From the NCBI GenBank assembly GCA_001179505.1, contig CDMY01000404.1, forward strand, positions 1-64,000: DNA of 64,000 nt, written 5' to 3'. Position numbers and translations under genes: made by a program. The DNA comes from Vitrella brassicaformis CCMP3155. Taxonomy: Eukaryota; Protista; Chromerida. The stretch's first letter is position 1, and every line of letters starts with the position of its first letter. Positions 22,573-35,727 of this stretch are shown one piece after another. Below the pieces are notes generated by a model that saw only the letters and a program-made list of their open reading frames with translations, was not told the origin of the DNA and made no database searches.

Positions 22573-24805
22573 CTACGCCCGGACCTTCCTCGACGGCCGC
22601 CTGGGCTGCTCGCTTGGCTTTGGCTGTGGCTGCCCGTCTGTCGTCGACACACTGGCGGGTGGTGGTGGTGCGGGGCCTGTTGGCGAGCCCGACAGCCACA
22701 GCACGATGCAGAACAGGCGACGCTTGCACATCTGCAACTGCCACCTGCAGGCAGGAAGACACGACATACGGCAAGCAATGGGTGTTGGGGCTGGTGTTGT
22801 GTGGCGGGTCTCACTCGTTCGCTTACTCACCATGTGGTGTCTGACCGCAACAGCACGAGGGTGTCTGTGTGGGGGTCGAGTACACGCTCGCTCTGCATCG
22901 CATCAGTCCACCCATCCCATACACACCAGAGAATGTGTTGAGGACGGACGTGTTGGTTTGTTGTGGTGTGTTGCAGAGCTCGGCTCACGTCAGGGTTTTC
23001 CTCCAGATGGTCGAGCAGCGTTGATATGTCACGGGCCGGCAGAGCGCCATCCTGCAGCCACTCACACAGGGAGAGAGAGAGAGAGAGCGAGAGTGCACCC
23101 AACACCCTCTCCCTCTTTCCCAGGCCTTACCGTGGTCTTGACGGCTTTGATGGCGCCCCCGTCTCTCTCAGTGTCCCACAGCAGGTCGCTCGAGAAGAAG
23201 TAGAGCAGCGTCAGCCGCCGCTCGTCATCGTGCTGCCGCATGGGACTCTTGGACGCGTTGTCCAGATGCCATGTGTACCGGTCGTCGTTGCCTGCATCCA
23301 CCACACAGACAGCAGCCAGGAATGGTGCGTGTGCTGTGCTCTCTGTGTCGTGCTCTTTTACCGTCGAAGCACCAGAGCTGTGGATCGGTGTGGCCGGTCA
23401 GCTGCAGACCTAGTGTGCTCTGACACAAGTGGATGGAGCAGGGAGCCACGCACAGGTGGGTGCGGTTGTGTGTCGATTTGTGTCTTTGCGTACGTTGGCC
23501 CGTTTGCACATCGACTTTGCGAAGGTGAGCACCAGCTCCAGCAGGTTGGCCAGCGCTCCAGTGGTGCTCACATCGCCGCTGTCGTGCTCCAGATGCTCGA
23601 ACAACCTCTGCAGCACATCAAGACACACACATCAACCACATCAACTCTCTCTTTCTGTGTGTACTATTGGGTCGATTGCCTCACCCCCTACTCACCTTTT
23701 GCGTGATCGAGTGGAGCTGCTTGACGACGGGATTGAGCATGGCGACAGGGTTACTAGAAGGCTTCTCAGGCCGGTCAAACACGCCACTCGCGAACACCGC
23801 CGACGCCTCGTGAAACCCTCGGTCACTCATCGACGACTCGGCACCGGCACGACACACAGCAATGCCATTCGACCTCAGAAGAGCCAACATCTGAACAAGC
23901 CACACACCGACACACGACCTCCTCCCTCCCTCCCTCCCTCCCTCCCTCTCTCCCTCTCGCGCGCGCGCTCTTGCTCTCTCTCTCTCGTTGTGTGTGGGTG
24001 GGGTCAGCTCCCACCAGACCTCATCTGTGAGAGAGTCAGGTGAGCCCTTGAGCATGTCCACATCCACAGGTGCGGGGAAGGGGGGCAGCGGGGTGCCGTT
24101 GGTGGCTGAGGCTGCAGCTGCAGCAGGGGGGTCGGGGTAGAGGGGACTCCATTGCGTGAATGCCTTCCGGGCCGCCCCGCGACGCTCCTCATGCTCTATC
24201 TCCTACACCACACGACATGACACACAAATAACGCGCATAGCCATTCACAGCAATTTTGCTCACGTTGAGCATTTGTTTGGCCGCGGCATTGGTTGCATCG
24301 ACCTCCAGCAGCGCCTGCAGGGTGACCTTGGCCTCCTCTGTGGCCCACGCGCCGCCGCCCTGGTCGCTCGGGAGCTTCCGGAGCGCCTCTGCCTTGCGGT
24401 AGAGGGCCTTGACGTTGGCCTGGTCCGACGCCAGCACCTTGTCGCAGTAAGCTGACAATCACACACAACCACACACACACAGAGAGGGGGAGATGGCAAC
24501 ACGTATATCACCCTGTTTGGTGTGTCTGCATGGCTGTGCTCACCGATAGCGTCCTTGTAAGCCTCCCTTTTGAGGTTGACAAGCGACATGTTGCCGTATA
24601 TCGACGAGCGGCACTCGGCAAGCTCCGCATCTTCCTCGTTGACACGCCCGCCCGGCCTGTCTGGCAAGAGATCTCTCAGCCTGTCCAGTGCTGCAGCCCA
24701 GACGGCGGCGGCCTCGTCGTAGCGGCCCTGCTTGAAGAGCCTGTTGCCCTCGTCCTTCATCTCACGTGGGTCGGGACCCGCGTCAAGATCCTCAAACTGA
24801 ACCAT
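22573..24805 (-). CDS. TPR-domain + PHD/EGLN-like 2OG-Fe(II) oxygenase fusion protein
   Basis: N-terminal TPRs (EMKDEGNRLFKQGRYDEAAAVW; IYGNMSLVNLKREAYKDAI|AYCDKVLASDQANVKALYRKAEAL). C-terminal prolyl-hydroxylase-like core: TDPQLWCFDGNDDRYTWHLDN (HxD at 23260-23268), RRLTLLYFFSSDLLWDTERDGGAI, LDPHTDTLVLLRSD, FCIVLW. Confidence 0.82.
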
Positions 24806-25138
24806 CTGTTTTGCAGGAAGGAGCCTTCAGATCAAACACAGCGGTTGGACTTTTCGCGTCGAGAGATCTGCTTCTCACAGCTCGCCTCTTTGTTTCACGG
24901 ACAAGCTGAGCTCGCAACTGGAGTTGGCGGTGACTCGCCGCGCTTTGCGCAGGATGGTCTGGTTGTGCCGTCTGCTGCTTCCTTCTGCGTGTTGAAAGGG
25001 CGGCGGATGAGTTAAATCTTCGTCGAAGTTTCTGCAGAAAATTGTTAGGGTACGTAAACACCCGTCGGTCCTGCCTTATTGACACGCAGAGGGCATAGAC
25101 GCGACTAGAGGATGACCGGATGAGAATGGCTCACCGAG
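24806..25138. promoter_or_regulatory. Putative bidirectional promoter (TPR-oxygenase / CCCH genes)
   Basis: 333-nt microsatellite-free spacer between divergent ATGs. Confidence 0.5.
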
Positions 25139-27816
25139 ATGGACCAATTCTACAAGGTGAATGACCCAGAAAGGACAAAAAACGAAATTGCGGGGTCGTG
25201 TGTGTGCTGCGAATGCATTGGATGACGTGTCGGTTTGGTCTGTGTGTCCTTTCAGACGAAGATGTGTCCGCACATTCTGCGGGTGAGAAGAAAACACGGC
25301 CACAACTCAGACAGCCAGACAGTCAGACAGATGGAGAGATCAGAGGAAGCGCGGCTATCAGCAATCAGACAGAGATGAGATGATGAATCGCACACACACA
25401 CACACACACGCATGGCTGGAGGAGAGAGAGGGACAGACGTCATATCAGTCACATAATCCTTTCCACTGAGTGTTTGTTCTGTTGGATGGCGTGTCGCATG
25501 TGTGTGTGTCTTTAGGGGAGTTGTGTGCGGGGTCAGTGGTGCACCTACGCCCACTCGCCGGCAGAGCTGAACCCCCTGCAGGACCTCAGGAAGACCAAAC
25601 TCTGCGAAGCTTGGCTGCACGTGAGCTGCCAGTGACTCACAATGAATGAATGAATGAATCGCTGGCCACCTCAACTGCACACGCATTATTCTGCTGATGG
25701 CTGTGGCTGGTATGGATGCCGTCTGTCTGTTTTGCTTCAGAGCGTGTGTCATGATCTCAACTGCAAATTTGCCCACGGGTGAGGAGATGGGATGGACGGG
25801 TAGACAGGCGGGGCGGGCAGGGAGGGCTATGTGTGTGATTGAGTGGTTGACGTGACGAATATATTGGATTGACCTGTCTGTCTGTCTGTCTGTCGTGCGT
25901 CACGTTCCACTCACTCCACCAGGGAGCAGGAATTGCGGTGCACCGATGACTACTACAAGACAGGTAGGTAAACAAAGGAGTGAAAACCCGTGTGTGTTTG
26001 CCTCGCTCCATCGCCATGTCATGTGCGTTCGTTGGTTCCTTTAATGCAGCGCTGTGCAAGTTTTGGAAGCAGGGCAGCTGCCCTTTCGGCCTGGCATGCC
26101 GACACGCACACGGCATTCAGGAAGTCAGGACACGCAAGTACGCACACACGCACACACACACACGCACACACACACACACACACACCGTGGCGTGCTTCAG
26201 GTATCGGCTGACGGAGGGTCAGAAGAAGGAGCTGGCCGTCAAGAAGAAGCAGAAGGAGTACGACCGGCGGAACCACATGCGGGCCAACAAAAAGATGATG
26301 ATGATGACCATGATGAATAATGGAGCCGCCAACAACGCAGCCGACACAGCCGACGCCGCAACCACCGCACCACCAGCAGCACCGCCAGACACCATCAATG
26401 TCACCAACGGCACATTCACACCGTCGCCGCCTCCCCCGCCCCCACCACCTCCCCCAATCAGCCCCCACACACAGACGCAGTCGCCATCGTCCCGAGAAGA
26501 CAGCACGACGGCTCCGCTGCCCCTCCCGGCCTCGTGTGTGATGGAGGACGTGGGTCAGTGGCCGGGGTCGGCCCACGACACGCCGATGAGCGCGCACTCG
26601 CTGCCGATATGGCAAGGCAGGTGCCGCATCATGTCGGACGAGAGTCAGCGGGCGCTGCAGATGGCGAGGGAGGCGAGATCTATGAGTGACGGCGCCGTGG
26701 CTGGCCCAGTGCAAGGGCAAGAGCAAGAGCAATTGCAGCAGGGAATGGGAGGGGGAGAGGCTGAGGGTCATGGCCAGCATCCCGTTTCTTCGTCTTCGTT
26801 ATTATTGTCTCGATGGCGGTCGCTGTCTTTTGAAGGAGGCGCTTCAGGCCCCATCAGCAAGGGGCCGCCGTCTGCGTCAGGCGCCATCTCGCCCCACATG
26901 CACTCCCCCGTCCCCTCCCTCCCATTTGCCAGCCGGAAGCTCTCCAGCATGAGCCACGCCAGCACCAACTACACCAGCTACACCGACTCGACCAACACCA
27001 CCCTGCTCACCTACGGCGGGGGCCGCTCGCGCGTCAACTCGGCCGCCACACACACTGCTGCTGCCCTGCCGCCATTACCCAGCCCACCACACCTGAGAGC
27101 GGGCTCGGGCGGTCCGCAGCTCTTTATGGATGCCTTGGGGGCTGCTTCGAGCGGCCGGGGACCACCCAGAGCAGACACAGCGCCTGCAATGGTCCCAGTG
27201 GCTGGGCTGAGGGCACACAAGCGGGGCCACCGCGCCCGGGCGTTCATGCAGCATCACCGGAATCGGGCGGAGACCGATGGCGTGATGGTCGAGGACTCGC
27301 CGGCGCGGTCCGCCGGCAGGCACCACCCCATGATGCCGATGGACTCCTCGCCCGTGTCATCGGGCGACGGCGGCCAGCTCAGCTCGCGGCCGTCATCCCC
27401 CTCTCCCCCACCCTTCCCCCTCGCCCCATTCCACTCGCCCGACCACCAGAGTGTGTCGCTGCGTGTAAGCCTGGCGCACCCCTTCACGAGCCCGTTCTCT
27501 GCTCCCAGCACGCCGGGTCGTTCGTCGGTGCAGGGTGGGGGTATTGGTGGTGGCGGCGGTGGTGTTGGTGGGATGGATGTGGGTCGTCAGTTCTCTGGAT
27601 CGTCGATGCTGACCTCGTTTGGAACGCCGTCGCCGTCGAGCGCCGCGCAGGCGAGCTTGCTGCAGGTCGTGGGAGTCGGAAAGCCATACACCATCACTGC
27701 TGAAGGTGAGACGAACACATAAGGGAGAGAGGGAGAGATTGATGCGATGCATTCTCGTGTTCTCTTTATGTCGATCAGTCTTGGCTGAGGCGCAGCCTGA
27801 CCGCTATGAGGAGTGA
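25139..27816 (+). CDS. Triple CCCH zinc-finger RNA-binding protein with long low-complexity C-terminus
   Basis: Spliced: MDQFYK|TKMCPHILR|GSCVRGQWCTYAH..LRKTKLCEAWLH|SVCHDLNCKFAHG|EQELRCTDDYYKT|ALCKFWKQGSCPFGLACRHAH. These are three C-x7-C-x4/5-C-x3-H fingers, each with a (Y/R)KT.LC lead-in. 3' end approximate. Confidence 0.9.
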
Positions 27817-27946
27817 GTGACTGGCGCATTCTGGCGGGCGGCAAGAGGGCCCAAGCAGCTGACATGGGGTGGGTGGTGTGACAAGTAAAGCCAGGATAGA
27901 GATCGGGATGGATGACGGGGTCAGGGGAGGGGGGGGGGGGGGGGGT

Positions 27947-28246
27947 NNNNNNNNNNNNNNNNNNNNNNNNNNNNNNNNNNNNNNNNNNNNNNNNNNNNNN
28001 NNNNNNNNNNNNNNNNNNNNNNNNNNNNNNNNNNNNNNNNNNNNNNNNNNNNNNNNNNNNNNNNNNNNNNNNNNNNNNNNNNNNNNNNNNNNNNNNNNNN
28101 NNNNNNNNNNNNNNNNNNNNNNNNNNNNNNNNNNNNNNNNNNNNNNNNNNNNNNNNNNNNNNNNNNNNNNNNNNNNNNNNNNNNNNNNNNNNNNNNNNNN
28201 NNNNNNNNNNNNNNNNNNNNNNNNNNNNNNNNNNNNNNNNNNNNNN
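27947..28246. other. Assembly gap (300 N) flanked by poly-G
   Basis: Run of N with G homopolymers on both sides. Confidence 0.99.
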
Positions 28247-28249
28247 GGG

Positions 28250-31200
28250 GGGGGGGATTGGGCCGTTTTGCTTTCTGTCTGTCTGTCTATCTTTCCTAGC
28301 GATTCATTCCTGTCTGCCTGCCTGTACGTGGCTGCTATTATTGCTGTCTGAGGGAGCGAGCGATCGATCTGCCGAGGGGCGGCTTAAGGGAGCTATGACG
28401 TTACCTGTGTTCATCGTTCGATGATTGTTTTGCCTCTCTCGTTTTATTGCGATGAAGAGAACAGCCCGGCGGACCGGGCCGGACCCACTTTGAGCGGTCC
28501 ACACGCCGACCGACAGGCCAGTCGGCTGCATACCTACACACGTGCATGAGAATGAGATGCATGGATGGACCCATACACACACGCCATTCACACACGACCC
28601 TTGTTACCTCCCTCCCTCCGTCCCTCCGTCCCTCCCTCCCCGTTCCATCGAGAGAGTAGTGGTGTACCGTAGTTGGTGCGAGAGATTGAGCGGTTGCGAG
28701 GGACAGGGAGAGAGAGAGCTGCCTGTGGGTGTGCATACATACGGATGTGCATGCTTGTGTGCATATCATTAGGGAGAGCTCCTTTCTTTCCCTTTGCTTT
28801 TGCACACCACAATGATACCACACCACACCGATCCGCCCCGCCTCTGTCGTCTGGCCACCTTTCATTTCGTCCGTTGGTTCGTTCGCTACCTGCATGTGCA
28901 TGTGCGTGTGCGTGTCGCGTATGTGAGTGTTCTAATGCTCCTCCAATACAAGATGTTGCTGTTGTGAGGTTCCCTCCAATTTCCTTTTGACGGACTGGTC
29001 CGGCGTGGTGTGGTGTGGTGTGGTGTGGTGTGCTTCGGTCGGTTGGCTTGGGTTGGGCAGATAGAGATTTAAGCGAGAAGCGGGCGACCCAGAGAGGGCG
29101 GGTGAGCGAGGGGACGGGTGAGCGAATGAGAATTGCGCCATACGTACATGCCTCCACCCCCGGCTGCATGCCATGCCGGTCTTCTTCCTCGCCGATCCGA
29201 TCATCCTGTTTTGTGATCGGAGGAGCGGTGCATGCCATGCGTTGATGCCTACGTGGAGTGGATGAATCGATGAAGCGCGCTGACACACAGAGAGGGATGG
29301 GGAGGGATGGGATGGAGAGGCTCTGCATGTGCATGTGGTCTGGTGTTGTGTTGTGCTATGTGGGAAGAACGAACCAACGACGATGATGAAGGCTGTTGAG
29401 CGCAGAACAGCCCTCCCGCGCGCGTAAGAGAGCGAGAGCGAGAGATATAGAGAGATTTCCTGTTTTCTTGCATGTCGCTCTTCTCTTCTCGTCTCTTTTG
29501 TTGCGATCGATGAGTGCCATACGTACGCGTGCGTCCGTAGGGACCCACATGCCAGGCATCTCTCCAGCCCAGCCCACCTACTGGCAGTCAATGTAATGCA
29601 GGCACTGGCCTGCCTCTTATCATCCATATGCATATGTGCGTGTGTGCATGCTGGGAGGGATCCCGGGCACTTTCTCAATCCATGCTCCTCCCTATGTGGT
29701 TTAGTGGCCGACTCGCACACACACTCACACACCGACTCGCACTCACACACGCGACACAGGACATGCATGACACACACAGAGGGCTGGCTGGCCTGTCTGC
29801 CCGGTGCGTGCGGTGCGGTGCGGTGCGTTCTATCTATCTGTGTGTGGAATGAACCGGGTGATATGACTGACGGGCTGGGCGTACGTCCTTTCCTGCCCGC
29901 GTACGTAAGTATTTGTTTGCGACACACAACACAAGGGGAGCCCTCCCCTGCCCCTGCTGCCTGCCGGCTTTCTTTCTTTCTCATATATACGGAGAAGACA
30001 AGTGCATACCCGCGTACGTACCAGAATGTGTCGGCCGGCCGGTCGGTCGGTCGGTCGGTTGCTCACAGTACAATGACCCATGTCATGTGGCCCAATGACC
30101 TTGCTCAGTGGGTGGGCGGGGGGAGAGTGGGGGGAGGGAAGCTCCTTTGTTGGTTTGTTCTTGTTTGTGTGCATGCCATGTGCTCAGTCAGCTGTTGTTG
30201 GTTGGGGTTGCGGTGCGTGTGTCAGTTATTTGTTGCTCGATCGCTGAACAACACATACATACACGAATGTGTGTACCTATCTAGCTATCTATCGACTGAC
30301 TGGTCGGGGCGGGGCAAGTGTGCATATATAGCTGACTGACTGAGATGCGGACTTGCCTGCCGGTCTGACTCTCTACCTGCATGTCTTCTCACTCTCTCTC
30401 CTTCACTCACCCTCACTTGCCTGCCTGGTGTGTTACGCCTGTCTGTCTGTCTGTCTTTCTGTCTGTGCGTCTGTGTATCTCCCTCCTCCCCCCCAGAGTG
30501 CCGACTTCCTTGAGCTGACAGAACGGTGACAGACAGCAACAGACAGACGGCCGTCTCACCTCTCCCCTTCACTATTTTCTCCTGCCTGCCTGCCTGCCTG
30601 AGTACATGCGACTTTTTTCTCCTGTCTGTCTGTCTGTCTGTCTTTCTGGGTGTCTGTCTTGGTGTGATCGGCTGGCTGGCTGGCCGACACAGCCGCAGAT
30701 CCATCGGCGGCTGTGTTGTCTGTATATCAGTGAACGTCACCGATGGATGGATGGATGGCGAGAGGGGTCTGTCTGTCTGTCTATTTGCTTGTCTGTCTGT
30801 CTGCCTGTCTTGTGAAGCATACACACAGATCTGCCAGCTCGCTCGTGCGCTGTCTGCTCATGTAGTGGTCGGCCAGGTTGCCTGTTTGCCTCTTACAGAG
30901 GGCATTCCAGCCGCCTGGCCGGCATCGGCATGAAGCGGACAGCACACGAGCAGCAAAGGCACCGGAGAGAGAGCGAGAGAGCTCGAGCACACCGATATCA
31001 GGCGGCCAGTGAGATGGAATCAAATTGCGTTGACTGACTGACTGACTGGACGTGGTGGGGAGGGCGGGGGAGGGGAGTCGGGTAGGTCATTTACTTTGCT
31101 TGCAGAGAGAGAGAGAGAAGAGGGCCTTACTTTGTGTTGTGATTGTTGTCTAGAGGTACCACGGTGGCGTGGCCATGTGTGCGAGGCAGTGCACAGCTGC

Positions 31201-31801
31201 AGTGGCGCTTTGCCGGCCGAGGCCCCATATATCACGAATTACGTTTGCACCACTTGCCTCTTCGATGATGCTATGCACCCATCTATCTCGGCTTGACTCG
31301 ACTCGACTCGGCTTGCTTTCATTGTATTGTGTTGCTGTGTTTGTTGCATCCCCTCCCCAATCCGATTCCATTCCATTCACTCAGTCAGCCAATCCATTTG
31401 CCTTGGCCATTTTTCAACACTATCCACCGTGTTTGTGTTGCAATCATCCACACACACACAGAGCCACACACGCATGGAGAGCCCAGATAGGGCAGGCCCG
31501 ACACACACTTTTTTTGGTGAATTCGTTCCTTATTGCCTCCCTCCCTCGCTGCGCTGAGCCATCTGCGTCTCTCTCACCCACACACGAAGACACCCAGCCA
31601 TTTCTATTTTTCCCCCTCCCTGTTTGCACAACGCACAGGTTGTTTCAAGCACGCCAGCCACCGATGCGATGCGATGCGATGCGTGTGTGTGTTCCATTCA
31701 CTCACTCGTTCACTCACCGATTGATTGCATCCGCATGCCCATTTTTCTCTCTCGCCCTTGTTGTTCGTTTGCGTGCCGTTTGTTTGACGCAGCCATCCAT
31801 C

Positions 31802-31834
<33 letters not shown>

Positions 31835-33200
31835 TGTATGTGTTGTGTGCGTGACGAAGTGCAGTGAGCCACCTGGTCTGAGACGTCCACATATTCATCT
31901 GGGCTGCCTGCCATCCATCCATCCACACACACACACACATACGCATCAACCATCACACACAAACGACGTTTGTGTACTTCCATCATGCATTCCGTCATCT
32001 TACCTACCTACCTCAATAATTATATTTCGTTTCCTTCCTATGAAGGCCTCTCTCTATGCGAGCCCCTTTCTGCGTTTGCACGTGAGTGACTCTTCCCNNN
32101 NNNNNNNNNNNNNNNNNNNNNNNNNNNNNNNNNNNNNNNNNNNNNNNNNNNNNNNNNNNNNNNNNNNNNNNNNNNNNNNNNNNNNNNNNNNNNNNNNNNN
32201 NNNNNNNNNNNNNNNNNNNNNNNNNNNNNNNNNNNNNNNNNNNNNNNNNNNNNNNNNNNNNNNNNNNNNNNNNNNNNNNNNNNNNNNNNNNNNNNNNNNN
32301 NNNNNNNNNNNNNNNNNNNNNNNNNNNNNNNNNNNNNNNNNNNNNNNNNNNNNNNNNNNNNNNNNNNNNNNNNNNNNNNNNNNNNNNNNNNNNNNNNCCC
32401 CCTCTCTCTCTCTGTTTGCCGTGGCCGTCCACTCCTGCCCGCCTCCCTGACCTGTCCGCCCCGTCCGGCTGTGCGCCTGTCAAGTGAAGTGTGCCCGCCT
32501 CTCTCCCTTGGACCGATGTCTCTCTCGTGCCGTGCTGGCAAATGGGGGTGTTTGTTTGTCGGTATGCATGTGTGTGTGTGTGTGTGTGTGCCGAGAAAGG
32601 AGGAGAGAGGGTCGCGTCGCGTGTCCGTCTGTCCGTCTGTCAGTCGTGGGGTGTCGTCATGGTATGGTTGATTCGTTGGTTGATTTCTATCGAGCGCCAG
32701 CCGGCTGGCCGGCCTGTGTGTGCGTGCTGTCTGGCTCGTGGAGGATGGACGCAGCCAGAGAGGCATGCAGCAAGATCCGGCGGAGTTGGTCTCGAGGACA
32801 GCGTACACACATCAACTCTCGTATCTTTGTGTGTAGCTGGAGACATTGACAGATGTCCAGATGGGATGCATTGTGGAATTTAGTCGATGGTCGACAGACA
32901 GACAGACAGACAGACAGACGAGCGGGGAATGGTTGCTGCTGCTGCTGCTGCTGTGTATATGTGCTGTGGTCTGCGTGTCCTGTGGATGGATGGATGGATG
33001 GACCTGTCTGCCTGCCCGCCTGTTTGTCTGTCTCGGTTTATCCCTCTCTCTCTCTGCCTCTCTGCGCACGAATGTGCCTGACTGCCCCCCTGACTGACCT
33101 GACTGTCGTGTGGTTGATTGGATCCATATGCACGCCAACCAGAGTTTCACTGCCCTTTGGTCTCAACGACTCACACATCATCACTAAAGGCCTTCAATGC
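28250..33200. repeat. Gene-poor spacer dense in simple repeats: (CA)n, (GACA)n, (GGAT)n, (GTG)n, (CTGA)n, (GA)n
   Basis: No spliceable ORF with protein-like content; ORF-track hits translate microsatellites (CVCV, THTH, RQTD). Confidence 0.7.
32098..32397. other. Assembly gap (300 N)
   Basis: Run of N. Confidence 0.99.
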
Positions 33201-33315
33201 GTAGTGTCAAGGTATCACTAGCAAGGCAAGCACCGAAATCCTTCTCTCTCCTCTCCTCCACGACGTCACAAAAAATGCGCCCCACACGTCCCTCCTCATA
33301 TAAATCCCCGGCTGC

Positions 33316-35565
33316 CTATTGCTGCCGCTGCTGCTGGCCCTCCATCGAGCGACGCACCTGAGTGACAGACGACAACAGACACCAACAATCCACTGAGCAA
33401 CTGCTTGTGAATTGCCTACCTCTTCATTGAGCGTGGCATTTTCTCGACGGAGGTCTTCGATTTCGGCCTCCAAACGCCGCCGGTCCCCTGCCTCCTGTGG
33501 AAAAAAGACACAGACGTTCGCCGTGGGACGACTAGAACAAGGGTCGGCCCACCTTGATCAGAGCATTGTGAAGCGTGGCGAAGGTCTCCTCGTCCTCCGG
33601 ATTGATTGCGTTCTTGAGGGTGTTCTTAAAGGCTGTCTGCACTGCGGGGGGCAGGGTGGAGATGAGGGGAAGGATGGCAGCCACGTCGTCAGGATTTCGT
33701 CGAATGAAGTCGGCCGTCAGCCTCGACAAGACACCATCGGTACAAACCCCCGCCAGATTGCCGAGCGCCGACGCCCAGAACAGCGCCAATGGAAGGCGAT
33801 AGTGGCGAACCTCAGACAGTGGCAGGAGCATGCCCTCAGCGACCGTAGAATGAATCGACCTGCACACATGGACAGACAACACCACCATGTGCATGTTTGT
33901 CCATTGTTTGCTCACTTGGCCATGTGTGTCACGCCGTCCCACCGCCCCTCCTTGGCGCACAGCCGCAAGTAGTGCAAGGCGAGGGCGCGCATGGGGAAGT
34001 GTCGCAGCGTCATCGTCATCTCAATGTCCTTGAGCCGCGCCTCTCCCTCTCCTTGCTGGGCGAGCTTCTCAGCCGAGATGTTGCGCACACACCCACTGAT
34101 CTCCCACCGTGACGGTCTCTGAAACAGCTGAAACTGGAAGGGGCCAGTTGAGGGGACGAATTCAAACCGCAAAATACTGATCACAGGGGTCTGCATGGGC
34201 CCGCCAGGGGTCTGCATGGGCCCGCCCCCCATCATTGTGGGCGCCTTATGCAGTTGAATGGCCTTCTAGGTGGCATCATCGCCGCTCTCTGCTGTTCGCG
34301 CCGCTGCTGCTGTGCCGTCGCCACTGTCAGCACCACAGGGGATTGCCAGAGAGGCGTCAGGAGCGAAGCACGTCACGGACGACACTGGATCGGTGCCATC
34401 ATTCGTTCCAAAAACGACGTACCAACCGGCAACGTCGGCAATTCTCGCATCTCCGTCGCGGATGGCGTTGGCAGGCACGCCTGCAAACGATGGGGGTGTG
34501 TTGGGTGCGCGAGGGGGGGGAGGGGTGTAGGGATGGGGAAGGCCCACGACTGTGAACGAGAGCCCAAGCCACATGACGGTTCCCTGCTGGTTGTTGGCGA
34601 AGGGATGCTGGGAAAAGCTCTTGTTCTTTCCAGGGAAGGTGAGACAGTGAACACATCCGTCTCGAAGGCAGCCGCTGCATCAATCAAGCCACAACAACAA
34701 AGGCATGATCTGGCCTCCCCACTGCAGTTCACTGTCGTCCTTCTTACCCAGTGCCGCAGCGAGTGATGAGCTCCCTGTTGCGTCCGTGATGAACCGGGCG
34801 ACTTGGTGGCTCATATCGATGACGCGGTCATGGGACAGCTCATCCACCAAACTGCCGGCCAGGCTGATGGCCGCCCTGATAGCGTCGTCCGTGTCGTCAT
34901 TCCCACCCTCACACCTACGCCATTGAGCTTGGGTGATGTCAGGCTTCTTGAGCAGTGCCGGCAGCAGACCCGTGCGAATGTCATTGTGCTGATGGATGAA
35001 ACGAGCGATGAAGGCGTAGCGACTGAAGCTGTCCAGCAGGCTGTTGGCCAGCTGATGGTCACGGAGCCACCCCTCCAACACCATCTGCAACACACAACAT
35101 ACCCAATAATGCATCAAGCGGCAGCCCAGACGACCCTCCCATTTCCGCTCTGACCTGTCTGTGTATGCGCCACAGCAGACTTTGGCTGCTGCGGGGCGTG
35201 AAGATCTTGTAGGTCTCGAACTGCAGGTAGTCGAGGGCGATCATTGCATCCAGGAGGTTGTCCTTGGTCAGCGACTTGACGATGTCCAGCTCTCGCTGCA
35301 GCACCACCAGCCCGGTGGCTCGAGTGATCCCTTCGATGCAAATCTGACGCTGTTGACCCTCTTGGAACTCGCCATGAAGAACCTGCGTCGACACACAGAT
35401 GAGGGACGGTCACGGGCATTTCTGATCTGCTGTGTCTGGTGCTGTGTGTCTAACCCGCTGGAAATACTTGAACTGCCGGGCGACACTCTCCTTTACGACC
35501 ACAGGCGGCTCTGCCTCGCCATCGCCTGCGAACCGTACACTCACTGACGGCTCGAGAGCACTCAT
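33316..35565 (-). CDS. BTB/POZ-domain protein with central unknown domain and C-terminal coiled coil; carries an in-frame TAG (possible young pseudogene)
   Basis: MSALEPSVSVRFAGD..VVVKESVARQFKYFQR|VLHGEFQEGQQRQICIEGIT..LTKDNLLDAMIALDYLQF (BTB-like: F..MF.G.F.E....I.L....LL.AADYLQ). Later exons through HYLRLCAKEGR|SIHST..NALIK|EAGDRRRLEAEIEDLRRENATLNEE|VRRSMEGQQQRQQ*. TAG at 34266-34268 interrupts an otherwise open frame; the phase of the exon starting ~34670 is ambiguous. Confidence 0.7.
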
Positions 35566-35727
35566 CGTGCAAACAGGAAGAGAACCGTCGCACAGATGCG
35601 CGCGTGACAAGGAGGTTGGCGTCGCGTGCCGAGAACTTCTAAGTCCTATTCCTCCAGACCAGCAGTCGGTGGCGCGCTAACCAGAACGAAATAGAAGTCC
35701 AGGCACCGGCCTTCGGGAGAGATAGAA

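Noticed and set aside
27925-28256. Poly-G tracts as a functional G-quadruplex
   Set aside because: They abut an assembly gap, so their true length and context are unknown; homopolymers are a typical cause of such gaps.
34266-34268. Stop-codon reassignment or readthrough of TAG
   Set aside because: TAG terminates several other genes normally (4550-4552, 22573-22575, 33316-33318, 49184-49186). A single nonsense mutation or sequencing error is simpler.
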